The notes under the pieces were generated by a model that saw only the letters and a program-made list of their open reading frames with translations, did not search any database and was not told where the DNA came from. A DNA stretch of 64,000 nt from Paramecium tetraurelia (Eukaryota): contig CT868654.1 of the NCBI GenBank assembly GCA_000165425.1, positions 1 through 64,000 of the forward strand, given 5' to 3'. Shown piece by piece: positions 49,793 to 63,427 of the stretch (its first letter is position 1; each line of letters opens with the position of its first letter). A program made the translations under genes and the position numbers.

Positions 49793-52384
49793 TCACATTT
49801 AAACGGTTAGAATAAATAACACAAAATTTGTTATAAAAAAGGAGGATTTTGTACTATTTTGATTCGTATCTGTATCTGAGTTATCTGTGGAGTTGTTGTT
49901 GTTGTTATTGTTATTGTTATTGGTATTATTATTATTATTAGAACCATGAGTATTATTATTATTATTAGTACTATTAGTATTATTACTCTTATTGTTTGAG
50001 CTAGTGCTTGTATTAATGTTAGTATTAGTATTAACACTTGGCTTAATTTGGGGATTACAAATTGTGCATTTAGAAGAATTTGGATTCCAAGTGTACAAAT
50101 AATTTGTAACTTTATAACAATCATTTTAATTCAAAGTGATTGGATCAACTTTTCTACAGACTCCCTATTATTCTGAACAATAGATTTAGGATTAATTGTC
50201 CCAACTGTTGAAATTGACACACATTCCATGCGATTTTTAAAAAGATTCACAAAAGTGATCTTAACATACGCCTTAGGAATTCCAAAAACAATTTTAATTA
50301 GCTAATGCACAAGCTTATTCATCATCACTAGCAGATTTACAAGATGTCATCAACTAACATCCTCCACTCTTAGACCAATAACAGATACCATCCAAACCCA
50401 TAGTATTGCAAGCCTCCTTTGTATAGTAACTAGCGCACACTTGCCACTCGGTACATTTGGTACCATCAAATGTACAATTAGCAAGTTCAATACTACAATT
50501 ATAAAGACTTGGAGCTGAAATATCTTAACAGAATTTAACATTGCATGCTTATTCAAGGTCCGACCATATGCAACTACCTTCTACTGATTTTGCATTATTA
50601 CATACTGATTTTTATTTGTAATTGCCGCAGGTAGATATATCTATACATTACACTCCATCAAAAGTACATCTTTTCTTTAAATCACTGCCAATTTGATTAC
50701 ATTAAAAGCTAGTTTTATAACTAAAATCTGAACAACTTTTATCCCTGCAAATTTATTCAGCTTCAATCCAAAAACAAGGGTTTTTAGAACTATTCACTTT
50801 GCATGACTCTTTAGCTTGATATGCAGTGCAGTCTGCTAATGGGATGCATCCTGTTACACCATTAGATGTGCACTTTTAATTAGCATGTTAACACCACTCA
50901 TGTATTAAGTAATATGCTGAAGAGCAAGAGTCAAAGCGCTTACATATCAGTTTATTATCATTAATTGCAGTTACCGTTTACATACAGTATCCATCATTTC
51001 CAGTTACACAACCTCCATTTGTATTGGTTTCCGAGCATTAAGTTATTGGAACACATTTGGTACCATCCGTAGTGCAAAAAGGAGAAATCTACTTACATTA
51101 TTAATCCGTATTCCATTGGATACTCTAACATGAGTTGTAACTATAACATTTTCCCTAAGGTTACTCATTAGAGAATTAATTAATAATCCATAAACATGGA
51201 CCATTTAGACCTTCAATGCAAGCTTCTTGCAATATTGTATCTTCACAGTTCTTAGGTTTGGCACATCTTGAATTGAGTCCTATTGTACAACCATTTTTTT
51301 GGGTCCAACAGCTAATATGCGAACTTCCATAAAGATCTTCGCATTCTTTATTTCTACAACCACCCCCCTCCTTAACAACACATTTATCTTTTAGAAACGA
51401 ATCACAATCATAGTTCGAAATTAAAGTAGTAGGAGCAAGATCACAACTCTTATATATGCATCCACCATCAGAAGTCCAAAAGCAATCAATTCCATAAATA
51501 TCTTTATCACATGCCCCTTAAGTATTGGCAACTTAGCACTTTCCATTGTTCATGCATCCTCCTCCATTCATTGTGATACAATAACTTAAAAATGATTAAC
51601 ATAAACTATTAGTTACGAATATTGTTGGTGCATTAGAGCATATTTTATCCACACATGATATTTCATTCCAATAACATAGATTTTAGTCTGAATTCTTAAT
51701 ACATTCAGACTGTAGAGTAAAGTCTTTACACTGACTTTTGTAAACTTAACCAGTGACTTGAACAGTCCCTGGTTCAAATTATACAATTATAGGTTCATTC
51801 ATACAACCTCCTTAATGATTTGTTGTACAAGTAGATATCTAAGACCTACATTAAGAATCGTACGTGAATGTTTTTGGTAACTCTTAACATGTCTAAGGAT
51901 ATCTACATTTATTTAAATTATAGTCCCAAAAACACCACTTGTAATTCATATCTTATTTACAAGCTATTTCTGTTTTGTAGGAATCACAAACTCCTATTTC
52001 CACACAATAAACTCCATCTGTTATACATCTATTAGATATTTATTGACATTTGAAGCTATCTTTTTCAGCAAATACTGTGCACCCAGTGAAGTGAGAACAA
52101 TTTCCTTAGTACCATTAGCAAGGTCCATTAGAAACACAAGATTCACAAGGTTTAAGTTTATTACAAGCACTCTATGAGAATTGTTCACAATATTCCCTTA
52201 TCATCGATTATGATGGAATAATTAAAGGATCTTATTGGCATTTCTACTTAAAAGAGTTCCAATTGCATTATTTATAACTCATTAAACAATCAGCTTCTGT
52301 TAATATCTAATCACATGAGCATTCATATTTCTCATTTAATGAATAGCCTATTGAAAAGAGTACCAGAAAGAATGACATATTCAT
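49793..52384 (-). CDS. Cys-rich surface-antigen-like protein, probably GPI-anchored
   Basis: Signal peptide, periodic Cys motifs (CITDGVYC, CFWD, CDSF, CTFDGTKC), an Asn/Thr/Ser stalk and a hydrophobic C-terminus FFITNFVLFILTV. Span is 864 codons. Confidence 0.88.
49885..49995 (-). repeat. AAT/AAC trinucleotide tract encoding a poly-Asn stalk
   Basis: (TTA/TTG)n on the plus strand inside the surface protein CDS. Confidence 0.85.
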
Positions 52385-53508
52385 ATTTATTTTAATAATT
52401 ATCTGTACTAATTAAAGAATTGCCTTGAGAACTCTAGCAATAGAATAAATTTAATTTAGTTAATTTACAATTAATAATGAAATTCTTTAATTAAAATATT
52501 CTATTACAAAATGTTGTATGCTATTTTGTGATAAATAAATAATTTTGAAAAAAATTTCATTAACCTAATAAAATATTAACAAAATATCCTCATTACAAAA
52601 CAATTAATCTCATAAAGCAATTATTAAATAAAATATAAATTATAATCAGAAAATACATAGTTGGCAAAAATTTCAAAATTATTATTTTTTTCACTTTAAT
52701 TCCAATTTATTCAAAATTAAACACAAAATTTAAACGTTAATTCAAATACCAAAATACTCTTTGTTAGAAATGATTAATATTTTCATAATCAAAGTGGTAA
52801 AATTAGAAAATTCTAAAATTAATGCTAATAAGGTTGAATGTGGAATAAACCAAAGCAAATTTTCGCATTTTATATTCAGTTAACTTGACTACTTCCAGAT
52901 ATAAATGATCGCTAGTTAGTAAGATCTAATTCACTACGATTTGACTTGTCTAATGATAATGATCCCTAATTATTATCTTGATCAATAAATAAATAAAGAT
53001 AATACTGAGAAATAAAGTAAAAATTTATAGTATAAAAATTACCAACATATTTAATGATAAATTATTTAAATGATAATTTTGGCAATCTTAACATTTAGAA
53101 TAGATAGTGAATATTGATTATTGATTGAATTTATAAATTAAATTACCCCAAAGTAATAATGAAGAATCACTTCATTTTTTTGTTGAATCTATATTTAATT
53201 GTATATGTAATTCATTTTTTAAAAAATCTCAATGTTAATATTTTAGAATATTAATAATTAAATCTAGAATAAATAGATGATTATATATATTTTTAAGGGA
53301 ATTTAAACAGATTATATCAATCATCTTCTCCTTTTCAAAAGATTTATTCAGATAAGATTCATATCTATTATAGAACATAGGTAAAATTACAATGAACTTA
53401 ATGTTATAAAATTTAATCAATTGTTAATTTGATTTGAATATGTTTATAAATAACATAGTTATTCTACAAATTCTATTAATTTATAAAGTTTTTAATAATC
53501 TTCTAATA

Positions 53509-54808
53509 ATGTCTTAGATAATTATGGGAAAGGATTTTGAATAAATTAAATGCCAATTCAATCACACATCTCCTATTCAATTCTTTGTTTTAGATGACAC
53601 TTAGGATTTAAAAGCTAAATTCTTCTGTCAAAAATGCTTAACTACTTAAACCTTACCCAATAATGCTAAATCATTTAATGAGGCAAAAGAAAAGATACTG
53701 CAATAGAAATAATAATAGCTTGAAATAACAAAAATATTAATTTAGAAGAAAGTGTAATTGATAGAACAATTAGCAATTGAAATCGATAGTTTTAAAACAT
53801 TCATTATGCAATAGATGAATTAATCATAATAGGATATTAAATTGTGGAGGCAGTAATTAGAGACATCTTACTTGGAAGAAAAGAATATCGATTTCGAATC
53901 AGAAATGGAATCATTTCATTTAAATTCAGAAGAGTATAAATTAAAAGAGCAAATCAGAATTGAGCAAAAGCTTCTCAATTTCAATAATTCATTTAATCAA
54001 AAGATACACCTCAAAATAAAGTGCTTCTTTAATTTAGAGGAATTTTAGAAATGTTAATAAATCCTTGATAAAAGTGTTGATGGTTCTGAATTACAAAACT
54101 TACAATAATAATAGGAGGAATTTGAGCTGAATAAAACATTAGTAATTCAAAACTTTCCAAACAAATGGTTTCTGCTTGGAAAGTTTGATCATATCTAAGA
54201 TAGTATAAAATAACATCTTTTGAATTGGAGAACTTACACTTAGAATACAATGGAGATTGTACAATTTTATGATGATATGAATCACAATTATGAGTTCCTA
54301 ACCTATTTGTTCCCCAATTTTTATAAGAGTAAATATAATCCGAAGAGTACCAGACTAACTCCATAAGAGCGAAACGAAATCATAAATAATGAATAAGTAA
54401 ATCATAGTCATTCAGTTCTAGGTGGCAAAATAGTTAGTTGAAAACTTTTAAATGTATCTGTTTTTTGCAGGGTTATAAATGTAAGAAGATAAAATAAATG
54501 TTTAGAATGAAAAGTAATTTAAAAGTTTCAGGAATTAAACTAATAGAGAGGGGTTGTAAAGAGTAATCTCATCATTGAGTGTATTGAATTAACGGAAGTA
54601 TGCATTGTTACTTGTGAAATTCATAAAGGAAGCTGATTTCTTTTATGATTCTATATTTCTTTATTATGATCTGTTGTAGGAGGAGGGCAACTAGGATTAA
54701 AATGCGTTGAGTTTTGAAAAAGTAAGAGAATCTTATGTGTAATTGGAAATCATGAATTAAGAATGGGTATCATCTAAGATTTTAACAAATAAAACTTTGG
54801 ATGTTTGA
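53509..54808 (+). CDS. Hypothetical protein with degenerate B-box-like N-terminus and coiled coil
   Basis: CQFNHTSPIQF..FFCQKC, then a coiled coil. One 25-nt intron near 54397-54421; the spliced length is divisible by 3. Confidence 0.7.
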
Positions 54809-54920
54809 AATTATCTAAAACATATATATAAGAGTTGAATATAATGATTACGAAATTGCAGTTGACAGTGTTTTCTATGTTTTTAAATTTTGTTTGTAAT
54901 AATTTAATATTGTTTGTAAG

Positions 54921-57152
54921 ATGTTGCAATAATTCTTGAATATGGGATTCACTCAGTAATAGATTTTGAAGGCTTAACAAATTTGCAAGTAATATAGAAA
55001 CTTAGAGATTTTGGATGTGCTTCTGAAAAATGTTTAGTCTCCAATAAAAGATTAATCTCAATAACAATCCCAATCCCAGATTTTGAGGGAATTGTCATTT
55101 GATGTTTTGACTCCTGATCAACGATTGCGATAAAAGGGAATACCTGTAGGATTGAAAAATTTGGCTAATGGTTTTAGTGATATTTATGTTAGTTTGCTAT
55201 TTGAATTCTCTGGTTTAGACATATTTTCATAACCCAATCTTTGTGAAGGAGATATTGAGCTTTAAATACCCTGTGCAATTGAATTTCGAGGATCTCTTAA
55301 ACAAGAATGAGGCAAAAGCAAAGAGAATAAAGTCATCAATCGATTTAGTTGTGCATTTGTAGAGGTTTCAAAAAATAAATATTTTTAGACTGTTTGCTTA
55401 CTTAGTTCACACAGATAGAAAAGTACGTTGATCCATACAGAGTGTTCTTGAATGTTGTAGATGAGTTTGGTAATAGGTTTTAATTGGGGGATTAAAAGGA
55501 TTGGGCGGAATTCAATTTATAATTTATAACATGCATTGACCGAGGGATTGAAATATCATGAGAATAAAAAAATAGATGGCTGAAATGTAGAACAAAGATG
55601 AAAGTGGGGACATGCATGAATCAGATTAGTATTAGAATGATAGAAACAAATCTGGAATTACTTAAACAAGATCTATGATACTATTGGATGAGAACAAGGC
55701 CAAATTGATAGAATAACAGCCATTGCAATCATAACCTTAGAATTAGACAATAATCAATAGATTATTTTTTGGAAAAACCAAAGAGTATATCACACATCCC
55801 AATCAGAGAAATCAGAGTGAAGAACAGGAGTAAATATTCTTGTAGATTATATTGAATGTGAAGAACAAGAGTTTATATTAAGCTTGGGAAGCAAACAATT
55901 CCTTTTCAATAGAAGGATATCGTAATGGAAGTGAAGTGATTGAGTTGGCTGAGAAAGCTATTTGGATTACTTAGATTCCTGATTCCTTGTTATTCCAAAT
56001 ATAAAGAGTGGGGTATGACCCAGAGAGAGGATTGATCAAATTGAATGATGAATTTCGATTTGAGAAGGAGATCTATGCAGATAGATTCCTCTTGGAGAAC
56101 AGATAGAAGGTTATCGAAACACAATAGCAATTAATTGAACTCAAAATTAAATAAGCTGAATTATTGTTTCAGATGGATAAATACCAAAATTATAATGGCA
56201 TTTCAATGTTAACTGTCTTGAGCACAGCTACTAAGTATGTGAAAGAGGCGAAACCAGATGATGAAATTATGCAATAGAGGATTGAGTAATGTAGATTAAG
56301 TATTCAACTGATTTTATAGAAACATCAGTTTGAATTGGATGAAATTAATTAGAAGATTGAAGACTTGTATGCTATAATGAAAAAATACAAGTATTTTCTG
56401 TAAAGCATTTTAATTCATGAAGGGGCAGCAGAGTCTGGTCATTATTATACTTATATTTACAATCCATCGTTGAAACATTGGTTTAAATTCAATGATATCA
56501 ATGTCACTTAGGTGAGTGAGGAGAAAGTGTTGCGTGATGCTTATGGAGATGGCAAATCAAAAACTAATGCATACTGTTTAATCTATTAACGTGCTGATCA
56601 TTTTGAACCTCAATCTTATTCAGATTACACGAACAATTCTGTTTATGCTCAGTACATTCAATAGAATCTCTATGAAGAAGTCAAAAATGATAACAAAAAG
56701 TTTTCAATCGAACAATAAGAACATGAACTTGTAGAGTTGGGAGATTTGGTAGTTGAGATTTATAATGTATAATTCCAATAAGTAAATGAAATGGCTAGGA
56801 AATTCAAATATAGAAATGGTAATCCACTCAACAATTTTCCAACCTATTTGCGCACTCTGTTAGATCAGATGAATGATCTAGTGAAGTGGAGCATCTTGGA
56901 TTATGCCATCAGAGAAGCATCTCAAGGCAAAAGAAATTTGAGAGATTACCAAGAATAAATGATCTTTCAATAAAGGTGTATATCTATTATATTGATCCTA
57001 GAATCAAATACAATTTTGAATAATTGAGTCAATTCAAAGTGCCATCAAAGTATGAAGTTGACAAGCAGACCATTAAACATCTTCAGTATTACTATCTGTA
57101 ATATATATCATCACTCAGAATCACTGCAATACAATAGTTTCAGCATATTTGA
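54921..57152 (+). CDS. Ubiquitin-specific protease (USP25/28/Ubp2-like) with N-terminal UBA-like segment
   Basis: MLQQFLNMGF; Cys box PVGLKNLANVCYLNS; QQDVG; His box ILIHEGAAESGHYY..WFKFND..NAYCLIY. Confidence 0.92.
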
Positions 57153-57172
57153 ATTATATTTAATTATATATA

Positions 57173-57266
57173 ATGGTTTCAGCATATTCAGTTGGGAATG
57201 GTAAAAGATCCAATGAAGTTCAACAAGGACCTGACACTCCAGGCCCAGGACAATACTCTGGAGACA
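57173..57266 (+). CDS. 5' end of a SHIPPO/STPG (PGPGxY repeat) ciliary protein, truncated by the gap
   Basis: MVSAYSVGNGKRS..TPGPGQY. Confidence 0.65.
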
Positions 57267-57416
57267 NNNNNNNNNNNNNNNNNNNNNNNNNNNNNNNNNN
57301 NNNNNNNNNNNNNNNNNNNNNNNNNNNNNNNNNNNNNNNNNNNNNNNNNNNNNNNNNNNNNNNNNNNNNNNNNNNNNNNNNNNNNNNNNNNNNNNNNNNN
57401 NNNNNNNNNNNNNNNN
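57267..57416. other. Assembly gap (150 N)
   Basis: Run of N. Confidence 1.
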
Positions 57417-58170
57417 GAAAGTATTCTCTGAGGTTTGCATAATCGATTAGGATGGAAGGGGTTTTTTTTTTATTTAAGTGTTGTGGAATGAGTCAGATGC
57501 AAGAATGGTTTTTGGGCAATGGTGTGAAAGACTCGGAACTCTACGAAGGCTTTGATGTTGAGGTCGAGGAGATCGTAGTCGATGGGGACGCGCTTGATAA
57601 ATTTGGCCGATTGGATGTGTTCATGCAATAAAGCCAGGGAGGCTGGTTTTTGTTTGCACATTAGGGCGCATTGGGTATGGACATCGAAGTAGAGGGAGAG
57701 ATGATTTGAGTACAATTATGTGTTGCCCAGTTACACATTCTGGTAGCAGATTGGACATATGGAATTATCGTTTTGACTCTTGCCTATTATTTCATAATCT
57801 TCGTCAACAACTAAGAATGTTATGCAGAATACTTAAGGATTCTTCTAATGTGCTGCTGCACTTCCTGGAATTGGAATCATGACCCAATTCAGTTTCTTTC
57901 TTGACACATTTTGAAAATATCTCTTTGAATTCTGTGGGAACTGGTTCGTTCCAACCAAACAACGGATAAATGTCATCCAACATGAGACAAGGCGCTCTCT
58001 CAAGTATTTTAAAATAATAAAATTGCAGATGCAAAAAAGATTCTAAATTTAATTCCACTTAGTGGGGGTTGTAGGATTTAACTAATCTTTTGGTGGGGAG
58101 TATAGATGTCCCACTTTGCCAATTAATTCATTCTTCTTTTTAATCGACCAAAACATAGCCCGCATCATTC
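57417..58170 (-). CDS. Hypothetical protein (5' part), possibly Rubicon-homology/PX-like; runs into the gap
   Basis: Open frame CPICYQNVQLG..HTQC..IKRVPIDYDL..IAQKPFLHL. The start and 5' exon structure are unresolved. Confidence 0.45.
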
Positions 58171-58190
58171 CAGAATGGACATTTATTAAA

Positions 58191-60119
58191 ATGAAAAATT
58201 GCACTCTGCTCAAACAACTCCAACTCAACACTCACACACACATCCTGGATCTCATTTACAAGACTTCATCTAAACATCATCTATCAGAATTATAGACTCA
58301 ATAGATTTCCCAGTATTACAAACAACCACCTTCCATCAACTCATTTCAAGAACTGTATTCTCTCAGCTTGTTGCGATGTGACTGTGTCAAATACCTCTAA
58401 ATTGTAGATGAAATCAATGATCAGATTCACGCCTTCTTTTAGACTCAGACCCCTGTTATTCAAAAGATCCTCGCCTTAGAAAGGAAACCCTAACCCGACC
58501 CAGAACCCATGTAAATAGAAGATGACGAAGAACAAAATAACATGAATAATCAAGATGATCAAATATAGCAATAATAATAACAATAACAATAACAAGATGA
58601 TCCTCAATAACTATAACCATCACAATAAACCAATGTACCCTGTTCCTAACAATAATAACCAGTCTATACGCAATAAACCACTTAACCATCTCAAACTATA
58701 GAAGATGAAATTTGCATTCCCAATTCTGTCAAATTAAAGTACAGAAGAATAAATACCGGACCATCTGAAAAGGAAGCCAGATGCGAGAATTGCGTATGTC
58801 AAGGTAAACCAGCAAATGAAACAGAAAATTTAATACAATGCCTTTTATGCCTAAATTACTTACATTTCAACTGTATTGCCAAATCCAAAGAATCCTTTGA
58901 CAAATGTTACAAAGACCAAGAATTTGTGTGTCCCCCTTGTGTTCTCAAATATATGGATCATTTCAACAAAATATAGAGTTCCTTAGTTCCACCTTCCCCC
59001 TTCCAACAAATGGGTTAAATCAATCACAAAGCATTCAACTTCACATGCGATCAAACCATCATCAATATCAGGTGTGTGAGATAAGAGAGTAAAATCAATT
59101 GCGAAGAAATCACTTGGCCTGACATTGGAGAACTATTCCTAAACCAAAAGAAAATCCAAGATTTCAAACCACTCATTAATAATCACAGTCTCAAAAAGCG
59201 TAAAGACGATCACATTCTTACTACTGAAGTGCTCCCATAGAATTGTTTGTAAATCAAAGAATGCATCCCAACTCCCGATCAGAGAAGTCAATATCGAATA
59301 TCCTTGGGTCACTTGTATTTCCTGGGTGTATATTCCATAGAGTAATTCAATTCAAAGTAGTTACTTGACAACATCTTCAATAATAGTGAAAATTGGATGA
59401 ATATCGAATAATGCCAGGATTTCATCTCTCTTTACCTGAACAAACATTAAGCTGATGATATTAAAGTAGATAGCCTCACTGTTTAATTGACATGTGCAAT
59501 CACCTTTAATTTGATGAATACACCAATAAGAGGGTCTTTATGTTAACATATCTAATGTTTTGGATTGGAAAACTACATCACAGCCATGTACTCTATGCAA
59601 CCCAGAAAGTGGAGGTGTCCCATATGTAAGAAGAAACTCTTCACTATTTAGATTGATGCGTATCAATATGCAATCTTAAACACAATCAAAAAGTGTGATC
59701 TACAAGTGAATGAAATCACATTTGACAACAATGGTCAAATAGCCAATGAAAACATTCAAAAATTGTTGAATCTAGATAATCTGCCTAACTATGGTATTAA
59801 GAATAACAATCGTATGATAAACCTAGAGATGTTGTCCAATGATACCAATAATATCTACTATAAGTTGTAGATCGTCAAAACCAAGGAGACTGTCAACCCT
59901 TCACCTTATTAAAACACCTTATAACATGTAATTAATAATATGATGTTGTCATCCAATTAGCATCTAAGGAGCAATAGTTATGCAAACTTCTATGCCAATA
60001 ATTATTACATAAATTAAATGAAGATACAATAATAAGCAAGAATGGAAGACCAACAAAAACTATAATCAAATAAATCAAAGATTGGACAAAATCATGACTC
60101 AGCCATTATTATAGAATGA
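58191..60119 (+). CDS. SIZ/PIAS-type SUMO E3 ligase (PHD + PINIT-like + SP-RING)
   Basis: PHD: CVC..IQCLLCLNYLHFNC..FVCPPC. EITWPD. SP-RING: LTCAITFNLMNTPIRGSLCQHIQCF..WRCPIC. Terminal AIIIE resembles a SIM. Span is 643 codons. Confidence 0.9.
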
Positions 60120-60158
60120 GTATATATATGCTTTTTATTTAATCAAATTAATTTCCAC

Positions 60159-61270
60159 TCAATCTTCTAAGAATGTGATGGCTGCTGCATAACTCACTGA
60201 TGAATCCTTCTTGTCTCTCACCAAACAAGATTGTGCATATCTAATGAACTTAGTCTCCATCATATGTGTGTTCTAACTCATCGCTATGCACTTTCAAAAT
60301 AGATTATTAACAAATACATGTAATAATATGGCAATGCAGTGTTTCCCACAAACATTGTTCTCATATTCTCTCAAATAATCATTGAATTTATCCAAATCAT
60401 GTAACTCTATGTGTTCCATAGCCTTCTAATCCAATTTTTCAATGGATTCAAATATCTCTCCATCTGCACTATTGTAATAAGTGTAAGCGAACTTAGTTCC
60501 CCAATGACAGAAGTCTGTTGATATAATAAATAGAGTATCGTCCATATCAAAATATTCACTTAGCAATCTTCCATAATACTCTTCAGATTTAGCATCAATG
60601 GATCCAACCATAATTGGAATGATTGTAAAGTTATCAGTACCCAAAATGTGAGCTAAGAAAGGCAGTTGCATTTCAATTGAGTGTTCTTCCTCCTCTGCAT
60701 CCTTGTCTGACTATTCGAATAATCCCTATTCGTGCAACTGCTTTACAGCTAATTGTGATAATAAATTGCTTACTTTCCAGATCCACTTTGATATTCCCGA
60801 GAGGAGTTTCATAGATTTCCTATCTAGTTAAACAGCATTGAGTTATATAGACATAATGACAGGGACCCAGGATGAACACTTTCAGTTTTTCAGAAGGAGG
60901 GTACTTCTTCAAGTACTTGTAACTAAATGCAGCAGTTGGACCCGAATAAGCATAACCTGCATGGCTTAATTTAATGTGAAATTCAATACGGAACAACCAA
61001 TGCTTTCAATTATGCTACTGTAGTCACTTCTGCTTTCGCTTACTCCAACCAACAATTAATCTGTATTTTTAATTCATTGCTCTTGCTTGAATACCAAGAT
61101 CCTGCATGTACAGCCTCCCTCACATTGTATTTGTTATTTAGCATATGCACATATGGGATTTGCTATAATTATTCCTCGGACTTATGCTCTTATTGTAAGA
61201 TTTCACTCTGTTGTTGTTTTTCCTCCTTCTATTGTAACTCTTACGATTCTTCTTCTGATTGTTCAGACAT
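60159..61270 (-). CDS. MEMO1: MEMO1 family protein
   Basis: REAVHAGSWY, PHAGYAYSG, ILGPCH, EHSIEMQLPF, ISTDFCHWG, NNVCGK and DSSVSYAA, with an E/Q-rich N-terminal extension. Confidence 0.93.
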
Positions 61271-61287
61271 AATTAATAATAATCAAT

Positions 61288-63403
61288 ATGTCTAATGAAT
61301 AAGAATTACAAACCAAAATCAAAAGTCTAGAAGAGGACATCCAAAATAGACATAGACAAATAGTATCGCTCACTGATAAAGTGGAAGAATTGCAACGATC
61401 CATCTAAAACAATTCAGAAGTAGACATCAAATCATAATTGCTTAGGTGGTTGAACTTGGAGAGAAAGTGAGAATGCTTGAATCACAAAACCTTAAACTCA
61501 TAGAAAAGAATCAAAGTGACGTAGTGGAATGGCGATAAAAGGAAAGAGATTTCAATGTACATCTAAATCATATTCTAGAATCAAATCCAATCACTTCAAC
61601 GTAAATTGAATGAAGTTGAAGCTCAACTGACTGAGGCTAAGGATCTCAATTAACAACTCATTGCTAAGTCTGGAGAAAACAGTAATTCTGAATCGCAGTT
61701 ACAATAAATCACTTAACATTATGAACATCTACTCAGCGAAAAAGATGCTCAACTCAAAGAAAGAGAAACCAAGATCCTCCATCATGAATAAATAATCCCT
61801 CAATTGCAGAAAGATCTAGATCAAAGAGATTAATCAATCAAATCATTGAATGAACAATTAGAAAGTCAATCATAGCAATTAACTCTATTGAGTCAATAGA
61901 ATAGTAATCTTAATACTCTTACAATTGAACTCAATAATTTGAAACTACTCAAAGACAATTTGCTGAATGATAATTAAACACTGCATTCCTAAGTCTAACA
62001 ATTCAACACTACTAATGTTGAATTATCCAATAAACTCAAACTCACTGAAGATCAAAATGCCACCAATTAAAAGCAACTCATGGATCTTCAGAATGAATTG
62101 AAGGACTCCTAAAAGTAATACAAAGAAGAAATGACTAAAATTATGCAAATCCTTGAAAAGACCAAAGAAAAAGTATTTATTATATCTAACTATTAATTAA
62201 GTCTATTCATGAGCAGGAACTATTTAAAAACAGATTGCTTGAAAAGGATGATATTTTGAATGAAGCCAAAAAACAATTTGAATAAACTACTAAATAATTT
62301 GAAAAGTATTTACTCATTGTATTTATATCAAAGGGAAAACGCTTCTCTTACTACATAACTATCATAAGCAAACAAGACTCTCTAGGAATAGGCTAAGAAA
62401 AACTCTGATCTTGAGTTCAAAATTAGAGAATTGGAATCCAAATTACAAGAAAGCAATAGACAATACATCAAATCACTTGAACATTCTAAATAATTAGACA
62501 TCGAAGTATAAGTTTATGCACTATATATAGCTCAAAAAAGCTATTTAGACTTCGTAAAAGTATTAGGAATAAATTATATTCAAAGAAGAAGAAGTATAAA
62601 AATCAAAACAACTCTAATTGCGAATTCTACAAGATAATTCAGATTTAAAAGCTAAATTGGAGTCTCTATTGCAAATAAACTCAAAAAGCAAATCAAATGA
62701 ATTGCAGAATCTAAAAAATCAGATACTTGAAAAAGATTAAGAAATCGAATTGCTCAAATAGCAATAAAGGTCTTTGGCAACTCAATTAAAAACTAGTTAA
62801 GGCTATGCGAATAGATTTAAGTAAAGAAATAAACAATTAGAAATGGAAAACACTGAACTGTTAAAATCAAAGAATAATTTAGAGACTTTGTTCTAAGAGA
62901 TACTCGATCAAACAAAATAAAAATCGAATGTCAAGAATTTATCTGCATTATCAAATAATCCTACTAAATATTAAATGAGTTTACTCTCCTAAAGAAAGAA
63001 TTATATGCAAGAAAACACTTCAACACACTCATAAGAAAATAGATCCTCAAGTCAAAAATCTAATAACACAACTCCAAATAAGGTTGGTAAGACTGGAGAT
63101 GTATCCTTTAAAAGAGCCATCCTAGTAAGTGGATAAAAAAAAACTGCTAATTCAGGGTCTTAAGACAATGTTCATGTAAAATAGTCTAATAAACTTCTCA
63201 ATGAAATTTAAGAACTTGATGAAAGCCAATAATAATAGAATAAATCTCAATCTTAGTAGGACAATTATGATTAATAAATGGGACATGGAGAATAGCAAAA
63301 TATATAAAAAGAGTAAGAACACAAGGACGAATAAATACTTGATGAATAAGAAAATAATGAGGAGGTTGCAGATTTTATTGAGGATGATAATGATCTTAAT
63401 TGA
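61288..63403 (+). CDS. Long coiled-coil protein with acidic tail
   Basis: Starts MSNEQELQTKIKSLEEDIQNRHRQ; heptad-rich throughout with several tiny introns. TGA at 63401-63403. Confidence 0.8.
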
Positions 63404-63427
63404 TATAATTTAACTGGTGATGTTTTC

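Noticed and set aside
52770..53057. 95-aa plus-strand ORF
   Set aside because: No motif; ORFs of this length arise easily when TGA is the only stop.
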